NCBI GenBank assembly: GCA_963795125.1
Contig: CAWCGQ010000004.1
Coordinates: 556,205 to 620,204 of the forward strand
Origin: an uncultured Acidimicrobiia bacterium
GTDB taxonomy: Bacteria > Acidobacteriota > Vicinamibacteria > Vicinamibacterales > UBA2999
Direction of reading: 5' to 3'
DNA: 64,000 bases
Position numbers and translations under genes: made by a program. The notes beneath the pieces were generated by a model. That model made no database searches and was not told the origin of the DNA. It was given only the letters and a program-made list of their open reading frames with translations. This document shows positions 22,547 through 32,538 of this stretch, in pieces (the first letter of the stretch is position 1; every line of letters starts with the position of its first letter).

Positions 22547-24423
22547 GTGACAATCGACGGCCGGAGCATGTCCGCTTCGGCCGCGCTCGAGCGCGCGGGC
22601 ACCGCAGCGTCCAGCCATGCCGTCCACGCACCGATGAACCGACAGGTCTTCAGCTACCTCGTGCCGTACTGGCGGCGCCTCGATCCTGGTCCTGGCGATC
22701 AGCCTGATCAGCACCGCGACGACGCTCGTCATCCCGTACCTCTCGAAAGATCTGATCGACACCGCGCTGGTCGGCCGCGATCTCGGTGCCTTGCGGCGCA
22801 TCGTCTTCTGGTTCATCGCGCTCGGCGTCCTCGGCTTCATCCTCAACGTGACCAGCGGCCTGCGCTACACGCGCGTGTCGGCGGAGATCCTGTTCGACAT
22901 GCGGCTGTCGCTGTATGCGCACCTGCAGCGGCTGTCGCCGCGCTTCTACGCGCGCACGCGGCTCGGCGACATCGTCTCGCGGCTCAACAACGACATCAGC
23001 GAGATCCAGCGCGTCGCCGCGGAGGCCGCGCTGGCCTGGGTCGGCAACGTGCTGTTTCTGGTCGGCAGCCTGGTGATGATGATCTGGCTCGACTGGCGGC
23101 TGTCGCTGATCGCGCTGGCGCCGCTGCCGATCAGCCTGGTCGCGCTGGCGTTCTATCGCCGCCGGCTCGAGGGCCGGGTCGCCGACCTGCGGCAGCGCAG
23201 CGCCGACATCGGCAGCTTCCTGATCGAGACGCTGCAGGCGGCCTCGCTGGTGGTCGCGTCGAACGCGCAGGCGCGCGAGCAGGATCGGTTTCGCGGGCTG
23301 AACGGCGCGTTCATCGAGTCGTTGATGCGGATGCAGCGCGTGACCTACTTCGCCGGCGGCCTGCCCGGCACGGTGCTGTCGATCGGCTCGGCGATCGCGT
23401 TCTTCTACGGCGGTCTGCGCGTGATCGACGGTACGCTGACGCTCGGCACGATGGGCGCGTTTCTCGCCTACCAGATGCGAGTGTTCGCGCCGGCGCAGGC
23501 GTTGATGGGCCTGTTTGCGAGCCTGACCACCGCCAAGGTGTCGTGGTCGCGCGTGCTGCGAGATCCTCGACGCGCCGATCGATGTCGTCGAGCGCCCGGA
23601 CCGCGAGGGCGATGAGCGAGCCGCGCGGCGAGCTGAGGTTCGAAGCGGTGACGCTCGGCACCGATCGCAGTCGCGCGTGCTGGACGCAGGTGTCGTTCAC
23701 CGCGCGGCCGGGACAGACGGTGGCGCTGGTCGGCGGCAGCGGCGTCGGCAAGTCGACGATCGCCTACCTGGCGACGCGTCTGCTCGATCCCGATGCCGGC
23801 GTCGTGCGGCTCGACGGCCACGATCTGCGCGACCTGACGCTTGCAGAGCGTGCGCCGGCACATCGTGCTGGTCGAGCAGGAGCCGACGCTGCTCCACGCA
23901 CTCGATCGAGGAGAACATTCGCTACGTGCGGCCGGACGCGACCGGCGACGAGGTCAGGCGGGCCGCGGAGGCCGCCGGGCATCGCGGCGTTCATCGAGGC
24001 ACTGCCGCAGGGCTACGCGACCGTCGCCGGTGAGCGAGGCCTGGCGGTGTCGGCCGGCGAGCGCCAGCGCATCGCGCTGGCGCGCGCGTTTCTCGCCGAT
24101 CCCGCGGTGCTGGTGATGGACGAGCCGACCGCGGCGCTCGATGCGATCGCGCAGCGGCAGGTGATCGACGGCTCGCAGGCGGTGATGCGCGGCCGCACCA
24201 TCGTGCTGATCACGCATCGCCGCGAGGTGGCGATGGCGGCCGATCATGTCGTGGTCCTCGACGGCGCGCGCGTCGTCGATGCGGGAGCCGCCGCGCCTGC
24301 TCGCGGACGCGGTCGGCGGCGTTTGCGCGGTTGTTCGAGATCGACCTGTCCGACCGTCCGCGCAGCCCGCGGCGCAGGTGGAAGGGCCGGCGCGAAGGCG
24401 ATCGCCCGGCCGGCGCGTCATGA
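22547..24423 (+). CDS. qhpF: ABC transporter, fused permease/ATPase (QhpF-like exporter); several frame changes
   Basis: Six-TM exporter domain in ORF 22791-23615 (SRLNNDISEIQ...). The ATPase has Walker A (GGSGVGKST, read in the 22547-24478 frame), EENIRYV, the signature LSAGERQRIALARA, and Walker B VLVMDEPTAALD. Start is uncertain (GTG 22547, ATG 22568 or ATG 22634). Confidence 0.75.
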
Positions 24424-25137
24424 CGCGCGCAGGAAGCGCGGACGCGCACAACGTCAGGGTCGCGGTCGATCGCCGTGATCGACAGCGGCGTGCACGCGAA
24501 TCATCCGCATGTCGGTGGCGTTGCCGGTGGCATCGGCATCGACGACCATGGCGCCGCGCATGACGATTACGTCGATCGTCTCGGCCACGGCACCGCGGTG
24601 ACCGCGGCGATTCGCGAGAAGGCTCCGGACGCGGAGATCTTCGCGATCAAGGTGTTCGATCGCGAACTGGCCGCGACCGGCCAGGCGCTGGTCGCCGCGT
24701 GCGAGTACGCGCTGTCGACTCGGAACCGCAGCTCGTCAACCTGAGTCTTGGCACACCGAACGTCGATTACGAGGCCGCGCTCATGGACGTCGTCGGCCGT
24801 CTGCAGCAGACAGCGGCGCGATCGTGATCGCGGCGGGTGAGCAGGACGGCGTGCGCTGGCTGCCGGGATCGTTGCCGGTGTCTGGGCGGTGCGCTCGACT
24901 GGACCGGTGCCGCGAGACAGCTGCCGGATCGATCGGCTGAATCGGCAGGGCGCGGCGTTTCGCGCCACCGGTTTTCCGCGGCCGATTCCCGGCGTGCCGC
25001 CCGCGCGCAACTTGAAGGGCCTCAGCTTCGCGGTGGCCAACGTCACCGGAACGGTGGCGCGATTGCTCGCGGAGGACGACGACGGTGATGCCGTCACCGT
25101 GCTGACGCGGGCGTTCGAGCGCGGCCGCTTCGGCTAG
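24420..25137 (+). CDS. qhpE: Small subtilisin-like (S8) serine peptidase, QhpE-like leader peptidase; at least 3 frame changes
   Basis: Catalytic-triad blocks AVIDSGVHANHPHV (Asp), GHGTAVTAAI (His) and GLSFAVANVTG (Ser) are spread over ORFs 24475-24744 and 24889-25137 plus one more frame. The ATG overlaps the qhpF stop (ATGA at 24420). Confidence 0.65.
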
Positions 25138-27597
25138 TCGCGGCGCAGCGCCAGCATCGGATCGAGACGGGTGGCTCGCCGCGCCGGCAGAATGCTGGCC
25201 GCGACGGCGACCACCGCCAGCAGCAGCGTGATGCCGCCGATCGTGATCGGATCGCGTCCGCTCGATCTGCACGAGCAGGTTGGTGCTCGAGAACAGCGCG
25301 CCGACCCCGAGGGCACCGGCTACACCAATCGTCAGTCCGATCGCGAGCTGGATGAACGATCGCCGCAGGAACAGCCAGGCTACCTGGTTGCCCTGCGCGC
25401 CGAGCGCCATGCGCAGGCCAATCTCCTGCGTGCGCTGCGAGACCGCGTAGGCGGTGACCGCGTAGAGGCCGACCGCCGACAGCGTCAGCGCGATCAACGC
25501 GAAGATCGTGAACATGCTGCCGAAGATGCGGAATGGCCATCGCGCCTGTTCGAGCGCCGCGTCCAGCGTGCGAATGCCGAACAACGGCAGGTCGGGATCG
25601 ATCGCGCGCACTTCCTCGCGCAGGATCGGCGTCATCAGGTTGGGGTCGCCGGCGCTGCGCACCGAGCAGGTTCATGAAGCCGCGCGGATCGGTTCGGAAG
25701 GGCAGGTAGGCGATTGGATCGGGATCGGGCAGTTGGAAATCGCGCTGCCGCAGGTTCGGCACGATGCCGACGATGGTCGCGGTGATGCGAGACCGGAATG
25801 CCGCCCTGCGGCGCCGCGCCGCCCTGCAGGTCGATCGCCAGCGTGATGCGGCGGCCGATCGGATCGTCGCCGGGGAAGTGCAGTGCCGCGAACCGCTGGT
25901 TGACGATCACGCTTTCGCGTCCGGTCATCCCGTCTTCGTCGGTCAGATCGCGGCCCCGTTGCAGCGACAGCCCAACGGTCTTGAAGTAGCGCGGATCGAT
26001 CGTCAGCATCGTCACGTTCGGCGCCTGCTGTCCCTGATCGAGCGGCCGGCCGTCGATCGTCAGCTGGCGCAGAAACCCGCCCTGCATCGGCACGTTGCTG
26101 GTGATGGTGACCGCCTCGATCTTCGGATTCGATCGGAGTCGTTCCTCGAGCCGCTCGTAGAACGCCAGCCGCTGCTCGACCGACGGGTACTTCCGCTCCG
26201 GCAACTGCCAGCGCCATGGTGAGCAACCGTGAGGTGTCGATGCCGAGGTCGAGACTGTAGAGCGTCAGGAAGTTGCGCATCATGAAGCCGGCGCCTGCGA
26301 GCAGCACCACGGTGAGCGTCAGTTCGGCGACCATCAGCGCGCCGGTCCAGCGGCTGGCGCGCGCGCCGGCGGAACCGCTGCGGCCGCCCTCCTTCAGCAC
26401 CTCGTTGACGTCGGTCTTCGAGATGTGCAGCGCCGGCGCCAGTCCGAAGACGATGCCGGTGGCGAGGCAGACGAGGGCGAAGAAGCCGATCACCGTGCCG
26501 TCCATCGTGAACTGAATCCAGTACGGGCCGGCCGACATCCTGCGTCGCGCGGTCGAACAGGCGGATGCCGATCGCGGCGATGCCGAGCCCGCCGATGCCG
26601 CTCAGCACCGCCAGCATCACGCTTTCGATCAGCAGCTGGCGAATCACCCGCCAGCGCGACGCGCCGAGCGCCACGCGCACTGAGATTTCCCGCGCGCGGT
26701 TGGTGGCCCGCGACAGCAGCAGGTTGGCGACGTTCGCGCAGGCGATCAGCAGGACGAACGCCACCGCGCCCATCAGCGACAGGAACACGGTGCGGATCGG
26801 CCCGCCGTTCTGACTCTCGTTGAACGTTTGGACGCGTGCCTGAATGTCCTTGTTGGTGTCCGGATTCTCCGATTCGAGCGTCCTCGAAATGTTGACGAGT
26901 TCGCTTTGCGCCTGCGCGCGCGTGACGCCGGGCGCGAGATGGCCGAAGGTCTGCAGCTGCCTGGAGTGTCGCGGTTGGGTTTCGAGATTCGGAATCTGCG
27001 ACAGCGGCAGCCACAGGTCGGTGTTGAAGGGGAACTTGAAACCCTCGGGCATGACGCCGATCACGGTGGCCGGGATATCGTTGACGCGAATGGTCCGGCC
27101 GATCACGGCTGGATTGCTGCCGTAGCGGTTCTGAAACATGCCGTGGCCGATGATCACCACCGCCGCCGCGCCGCGGCGGTCGTCGTCGGCGGCAAAATTG
27201 CGCCCGAGCACCGGGGTGGTTCCGAGGATGGTCAGCCCGTTGGCCGAGATGTGCGAGCCGTTGAAGCGCTCCGGCGGCTGGCCTTCGTCGCTGACGTTGG
27301 CGACGTCGCCGTCGTAGGCCCCGAAGCTTTCGAAGGTGCGGGTGCGTCCTTCCAGTCGCGATAGTCCAGGAACGACACGCCCCGGGCGCGGTTACGCACC
27401 CGATCGAACGAATCGACCGCCAGCGTGCGATCCGGATCGGCGATCGGCAGGCCGCGGATCAACACCGCGTTCACGAACGTGAACACCGTGGCGTTGACGC
27501 CAATCCCCATGGCCAGCGCGATGGCCGCGACCACGGTGAACCACCGGTCTTTCACCAGCAGGCGCGCCGCGAAGCGAATGTCTTCCCAAAGACCCAT
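25134..27597 (-). CDS. ADOP-family duplicated FtsX/MacB-type ABC permease (second copy, no adjacent PadR); multiple frame changes
   Basis: [41 protein letters not shown] (ORF 27232-27621). First FtsX block [32 protein letters not shown] (ORF 26060-27211). Second block [22 protein letters not shown] (ORF 24781-25662). The C-terminus reads ...[18 protein letters not shown]. Confidence 0.8.
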
Positions 27598-27731
27598 GCG
27601 TGGTGACCTCTGTGGCGCCACCGGCCGTGGGGCCGGCGAAGCAGGCGGGTGGACCTAGCTTCCCTTACGCAGCAGAGGTTGCCGGGGTTCCACGATTCCC
27701 CGAAACGCGGCCCAAGGGTTACTATCAGCCG

Positions 27732-28241
27732 GTGAACATCCGGCCCGCGCGGGTCGACGATGCCGAGGTCCTCGCGGAGCTCGCACGCCGGACCTTCCAC
27801 GACACCTTTGCGCCAACCAACGACCCGACCGACATGGCGCTCTACCTGTCGCGCGCCTACGGTATCGATCAACAAACGCGTGAGCTGAGCGATCGTGACA
27901 TCACCACGCTGGTGGTGGAGGCCGGCGGCGAGGCGATTGCCTATGCGCAGTTGCGTACCGGCCACGCGCCGGATTGCGTCGTCGGTGCGAGGCCGATCGA
28001 GCTGTGGCGCTTCTACGTGAGCCGCGAGTGGCATGGTCGCGGCGTCGCGGTGCCGCTGATGGATCGCGTCAGGTCGGCGGCCCGGGAGCGCGAGGCGAAG
28101 ACCCTGTGGCTCGGCGTCTGGGAGCGCAATGCGCGGGCCCACGCGTTTTACGTAAAATGCGGATTCACCGACGTCGGTGAGCACGTATTCTTGTTCGGCA
28201 CCGATCCGCAAACCGACCTGGTGATGGTCACCACGCTCTAG
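27732..28241 (+). CDS. GNAT family N-acetyltransferase
   Basis: IRPARVDDAEVLAELARRTFHDTF...LWRFYVSREWHGRGVAVPLMD...LWLGVWERNARAHAFYVKCGF. The in-frame GTG at 27732 is preferred to the ORF-track start at 27600. Confidence 0.8.
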   Translation: MNIRPARVDDAEVLAELARRTFHDTFAPTNDPTDMALYLSRAYGIDQQTRELSDRDITTLVVEAGGEAIAYAQLRTGHAPDCVVGARPIELWRFYVSREWHGRGVAVPLMDRVRSAAREREAKTLWLGVWERNARAHAFYVKCGFTDVGEHVFLFGTDPQTDLVMVTTL

Positions 28242-28249
28242 ACGCACCC

Positions 28250-29236
28250 ATGAAGAGACGCAGAGTCATCGGCCTCAGCCTAGTTGCCACCGCCGTCATC
28301 TGGTTCCAGGTGGCGGGCCGTTTCGAGGCCGGTCGTATCGACGCCCAGCGGCTGACGCGGGTCGCCGGCGAGCCTCAGCCGGCCAGCCTTCGCATCGACA
28401 GCGAACGGTTGATGGCCGCGGTGACCACGCTGTCCGATCCGTCGATGGAAGGCCGCGCCGCCGGGTCGCCGGGCGGCATTGCCGCACGCACCTGGATTGT
28501 CGAGCGCTTCAAGACACTCGGGCTGCATCCGGTCGCCGGCGCTTACGTGCACCCCTTCACCTATACCCGCATGACCCTGAGCGGGCGGCAGGACGGCGAC
28601 GGCGCCAACGTGCTCGGCATGTGCGTGGGGACCGATCCGAAGTTGCCGTTCTTCGTCGTGTCGGCTCACTACGATCACCTCGGCATGCGCGACGGCCAGA
28701 TCTATCCGGGGGCTGATGACGATGCGTCTGGTGTCGCGGTCACGTTGGAGATCGCCGCCTACTGCCAGAAGACGCCGTTCCGGCATTCAATCGTCTTCGC
28801 GGCGTTCGATGCCGAGGAGCGCGGCCTGCAGGGCGCGAGGGCCTTCATGGCGAAGCCGCCGGTGCCGCAGGATCGGCTTGCGTTGAATGTCAATCTCGAC
28901 ATGGTCAGCCGCAGCGACAAGCGCGAGATCTTCATCGCCGGCACCTACCACTACCCGAATCTCAAGGCGCCGCTCGACGAAATTGCCAGGCGCGCGCCGG
29001 TGACAGTGTTGTTCGGCCACGACAAGCCGGTGGCGGTCGCCGGCGGCGTCGAGGACTGGACCAACCAGTCCGACCACGGCCCGTTCCACGCCGCAAACAT
29101 TCCGTTCGTCTATTTCGGGGTCGAAGATCACGCTGATTACCACAAGCCCACCGACACCGCGGACAAGATCAACCGTGGCTTTTTCGTCGACGTCGCCGAA
29201 ACCATCCTCTCCGCCCTCCTCGCCCTCGACCGTTGA
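28250..29236 (+). CDS. M28 family metallopeptidase
   Basis: Intact 328-aa ORF with SAHYDHLG, GADDDASGVAVTLEIA, FAAFDAEERGLQGA, NLDMV and SDHGPFHAANIP metal-ligand blocks. Confidence 0.8.
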   Translation: MKRRRVIGLSLVATAVIWFQVAGRFEAGRIDAQRLTRVAGEPQPASLRIDSERLMAAVTTLSDPSMEGRAAGSPGGIAARTWIVERFKTLGLHPVAGAYVHPFTYTRMTLSGRQDGDGANVLGMCVGTDPKLPFFVVSAHYDHLGMRDGQIYPGADDDASGVAVTLEIAAYCQKTPFRHSIVFAAFDAEERGLQGARAFMAKPPVPQDRLALNVNLDMVSRSDKREIFIAGTYHYPNLKAPLDEIARRAPVTVLFGHDKPVAVAGGVEDWTNQSDHGPFHAANIPFVYFGVEDHADYHKPTDTADKINRGFFVDVAETILSALLALDR

Positions 29237-29251
29237 ATTTGGGGTCAGGTC

Positions 29252-29839
29252 TCAATTTTCAACATTCTTGATCCGCCGTTCGCCATCACGTCGAAGCGTG
29301 CAGATGACCCGGCTCACGCTTGCCGGATGCAGCTGCAAAGCGCGGGCGATTTCCGCCATGGTGTAGCCGTGGATGACATGCGCCCGTTGCATCACCACCG
29401 CGCGGGTGGCGCCCACCGCCCCGGAGAAGAGTTCCTCGAGCGACGGCCGGAACACAGCTCGATACGAACGCGGCAGCGAGGCCATGTGCAGCTTTTCGCC
29501 GATGAATGAACGGATCGATTGCCGGAATTTTTCGGAACCCACGACCGGCGACTCCCATTCCTCGCCCGGCGCGTAGTCCCAATCGAAGAACGCCCGGTAT
29601 TGCCGCTGCGACTCTTCTCGCGTTGGTGCGGGAAAGACCGAGTCGAGCCAGTCGATCGACAGATGGGGCGGCACCGCGGTCATGCCGGCCGTTGCCCGGT
29701 AACTGCTCCACTTCCAGAGCCGCGGATGGGGAACCAGACCAGCATCGACCGGGTTCATGACGACGTAGGCCACGGCGACGCGTAGAGACATGACGTGTTA
29801 GGTCGCGCCATGGATGTTCAGGCGAGGAGGACGAGGCAT
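29252..29839 (-). pseudogene. Decayed IS200/IS605-like Y1 (REP-associated-type) transposase: in-frame TAA plus internal deletion of the catalytic core
   Basis: The minus strand reads MPRPPRLNIHGAT*HVMS (TAA at 29798-29800, where homologs have Tyr in the xYHV motif). It then jumps straight to ...VAYVVMNPVDAGLV...WKWSSYRATAG and a C-terminal HTH-like tail (GYTMAEIARALQLHPASVSR). About 100 aa that normally lie between are missing. Confidence 0.6.
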
Positions 29840-30034
29840 ACGCGGGGTCCCTCCAATCGCAATGCCGTCGGCGATCGTCCACAAATCGCGCGGCAACGAC
29901 GCGGCCCGGTCACGCCGTTGTCGGATTCTGCGAAGCCGGCACCGGCAGGAGATCGCAGGAACTGCAACGGTGCAGGCGGCCCAGGTGCCTCCAGTGATGT
30001 TGAAAAGTGGGACCTGACCCCAGATACTAGCGGC

Positions 30035-30694
30035 GTGGAGCAAAAGCTGTTCGATGCGATCAAAGGCGGGCGGGTGGATGAAGTCCGGCAGCTGATTGAG
30101 CAGGATCCATCATTGAAAGACGCCCGCGACGAGAGCGGGGCGTCGGCGATCCTGGTGGCGGCTTACAACATGAAGCCCGACGTCGCGAACGCGCTGGTGG
30201 AACTCGGCGCGCCCATCGATATCTTCGAGGCGAGCGTGCTCGGCAAGGTCGATCGGATCCGCGAGATCGTGGAAGGCAATCCCGATCGGGTGTGGGAGCA
30301 CGCGCCAGACGGATTCACCGCCGTGGCGCTGGCGGCGTTCTTTGGCCAGCTGTCCGCAGTGCGGGCGCTCGTCGCCGCGGGCGCGGACGTGACCGCCGCC
30401 GCGACCAACCCGCTGAAAGTTCAGGCGCTGCACGCCGCCGTCGCCAGCAGAAACCTCGAGATCGTCACGGCCGTACTCGCTGCCGGCGCCGATTCGAACG
30501 CCCAGCAGCAGGCTGGGTTCCGCCCGATGCATGAAGCCGGCTCGAATGCGAATCGACCGCTGGCCGAATTACTGCTCGCACACGGCGCCGATCCGTCGCT
30601 GCCCAACGACGACGGCAAATCGGCGATCGACCTCGCGCGCGACAAAGGTCACGCGGAGTTCGCCGACTGGCTGGCTACACAGCGGCCCGGCTGA
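30035..30694 (+). CDS. Ankyrin repeat protein
   Basis: Repeated ...G..ALH.A...G....V..LL..GAD.N blocks (e.g. LHAAVASRNLEIVTAVLAAGADSNA and MHEAGSNANRPLAELLLAHGADPSL). The in-frame GTG at 30035 is chosen because the upstream part of ORF 29795-30694 overlaps the transposase relic and is low complexity. Confidence 0.7.
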   Translation: MEQKLFDAIKGGRVDEVRQLIEQDPSLKDARDESGASAILVAAYNMKPDVANALVELGAPIDIFEASVLGKVDRIREIVEGNPDRVWEHAPDGFTAVALAAFFGQLSAVRALVAAGADVTAAATNPLKVQALHAAVASRNLEIVTAVLAAGADSNAQQQAGFRPMHEAGSNANRPLAELLLAHGADPSLPNDDGKSAIDLARDKGHAEFADWLATQRPG

Positions 30695-30701
30695 TGACGC
30701 C

Positions 30702-31793
30702 TCAGCGTGAGGCCACGCGCTGGTAGACGGCGAGCGTACCGTCGACCAGCCGATCGACGCCGAAGTGTTCCGCGACGCGCTCGAGCCCGGCCTCACCGTA
30801 AGCCTTGCGCAGCGCCGAATCCTTCAGCAGCGTGACGATCGCGCCGGCCAGTGCTTTCGCGTCGCCGGGTTCGACCAGCAATCCGGTTTCATAGGGCATC
30901 ACCGCCTCCGGAATGCCCCCGGCGGTTGTGCCGACCACGGCGTGGCCCATCGCCATGGCGTCGAGCACCGCCGATCCGAGCCCCTCGGTGATCGAGCTCA
31001 TCACGAACAGGTCGGCGGTCTTCATCAGCGACATCACGTCTTCGCGAAAGCCGGGCAGCAGCACCCGCTTGGCCAGGCCGAGATGCTTGATCTGCTTTTC
31101 GAGCGGCGCGCGCAACTCGCCTTCCCCAAAGATCACCAGATGCGCCTCCGGGACTTCGCGCAGCACGAGCGGCATGGCGTCGATCAGATGCTTTTGTCCT
31201 TTATGCGCGACCAGCGCGCCGACGTTCACCATCACCGGGACGCCGTGCGGCAGCCAGTATTCCGCATGCAGGTCGACGGCGGGACGATGGGCGATCTTGT
31301 CGACGTCGATGCCGTCATGGACGACATCGATGCGGCCCGCGGGGATGCCGTCCTGGACCAGGATCGCCTTGATGGCGTGCGACGCCGCGATGAAGCCATC
31401 CATCTGCCGGTACTTCCACTGCGAGAAGGCATGCGACTGCAGGTGGAAGTCGACCCGGCGCGACGCGATCAGCTTGGGACGCGGCGTCGGGGCGGCGAAC
31501 GACAGCGCCAGCGCCGCCATCGACACCGCGTGCGGATCGTGCGCGTGCACGATCGCCGGCGTCCATGCGCGCACGATCTTCGACAGCCGCCACGCGGTGG
31601 CAAGATCGATCTCGTTCACCGGGGCGAGCGGCACCAGGTCCGGGCCCTCGGAGGCGCGCCGGAACAGCTCGCCCTCACTGTGGGCGACCAGCACGGCACG
31701 GTGCCCCCTGGCCCGCATGCCGAGAACGGTCAGGAGGACCTGTTGCTGTCCCCCGCGCCAGGTGCGCGCGGTGTCGATGTGGAGGGCGAACAC
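30702..31793 (-). CDS. Glycosyltransferase family 4 (GT-B, Glycos_transf_1)
   Basis: Intact 363-aa ORF with the typical C-terminal domain (LVIFGEGELR...ADLFVMSSITEGLGSAVLDAMAMGHAVVGTTAGGIPE). Confidence 0.8.
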   Translation of the reverse strand: MFALHIDTARTWRGGQQQVLLTVLGMRARGHRAVLVAHSEGELFRRASEGPDLVPLAPVNEIDLATAWRLSKIVRAWTPAIVHAHDPHAVSMAALALSFAAPTPRPKLIASRRVDFHLQSHAFSQWKYRQMDGFIAASHAIKAILVQDGIPAGRIDVVHDGIDVDKIAHRPAVDLHAEYWLPHGVPVMVNVGALVAHKGQKHLIDAMPLVLREVPEAHLVIFGEGELRAPLEKQIKHLGLAKRVLLPGFREDVMSLMKTADLFVMSSITEGLGSAVLDAMAMGHAVVGTTAGGIPEAVMPYETGLLVEPGDAKALAGAIVTLLKDSALRKAYGEAGLERVAEHFGVDRLVDGTLAVYQRVASR

Positions 31794-32530
31794 AGCTCCC
31801 AGAGTTTCGCAAACTTCAGCCCGACATAACGGGCATTCATGGCCGAGACGATCAGGCCGGGCACGCCGTCTTTGAACCCGCCCCGCAAGAAGTAGTTCCG
31901 AACAAACGCCGCCGGCGGATGGACCAGCAAATCGAACATCCCCGCGCGCCGCCCCTCCTCGAACATCTGCCTGGCCGCGAGCGTCGTATAGCGATCCATG
32001 GTCTGGTGGTGGTGCGCGAGATCGCGATATGCAAAATGCTGCAACTCGCCATGCAAGTCCTGCACCGGCCCGTCCGACTTGACCGATTCATGCACGTAGC
32101 GGCCGGTCCACTGCCCGCGGCGTCGATCGTACAGGCGCAACTGGTAGTCCGGGTACCAGTCGGTCGACCGCATCCAGCGCCCGAGATGAAACGTCACCCG
32201 CGGCACGCGAAAGCCGGCCGCCCGCGGCCCGCCCGCGACCAGCGTCGTGATCTCGCCGGCCAGTTCCGGCGTCACCCGCTCGTCGGCGTCGAGCGAGAAG
32301 ATCCAGTCGTGACTCGCCAGACCGGCCGCGAAGTTCTTCTGCGCGATGTAGCCGGGCCAGGGCCGCACGATGACGTGCGGCGTGAACGCGCGCGCAATGG
32401 CAACGGTGTCGTCCGTGCTCTCGCTGTCGACGACGATAATCTCGTCGGCCCAGGCGAGGGACTCGAGGGCGGCGTGGAGGTTCGCCGCCTCGTTGAAGGT
32501 GATGATGGTGGCCGTGACCGGCACGGCCAC
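31730..32530 (-). CDS. Glycosyltransferase family 2
   Basis: TATIITFNEAANLHAALESLAWADEIIVVDSESTDDTVAIA...FSLDADERV is the GT-A signature. It overlaps the downstream GT4 ORF by 64 nt. Confidence 0.8.
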   Translation of the reverse strand: MAVPVTATIITFNEAANLHAALESLAWADEIIVVDSESTDDTVAIARAFTPHVIVRPWPGYIAQKNFAAGLASHDWIFSLDADERVTPELAGEITTLVAGGPRAAGFRVPRVTFHLGRWMRSTDWYPDYQLRLYDRRRGQWTGRYVHESVKSDGPVQDLHGELQHFAYRDLAHHHQTMDRYTTLAARQMFEEGRRAGMFDLLVHPPAAFVRNYFLRGGFKDGVPGLIVSAMNARYVGLKFAKLWELCSPSTSTPRAPGAGDSNRSS

Positions 32531-32538
32531 CAGTCTAA

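Noticed and set aside
19548-25137. Radical-SAM/SPASM + small peptide + ABC exporter + S8 peptidase as a novel RiPP biosynthetic cluster.
   Set aside because: The flanking dihaem alpha and beta-propeller subunits, and the exact Cys/Asp/Glu/Trp pattern of the peptide, identify it as the known QHNDH maturation system rather than a new natural-product cluster.
1-27400. Programmed ribosomal frameshifting, an alternative genetic code or RNA editing as an explanation for the broken genes.
   Set aside because: The switches occur in both +1 and -1 directions, at dozens of unrelated sites without slippery heptamers, and in genes never known to be recoded. Indels (artefactual or real) are the parsimonious explanation.
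31730-31793. The 64-nt overlap between the GT2 3' end and the GT4 5' end as a sign of a frameshift or gene fusion.
   Set aside because: Both ORFs are intact and each has a complete domain. The GT2 tail beyond the catalytic domain is unconserved-looking. Either a slightly earlier GT2 stop in reality or a genuine overlap is possible. There is no evidence for anything more.
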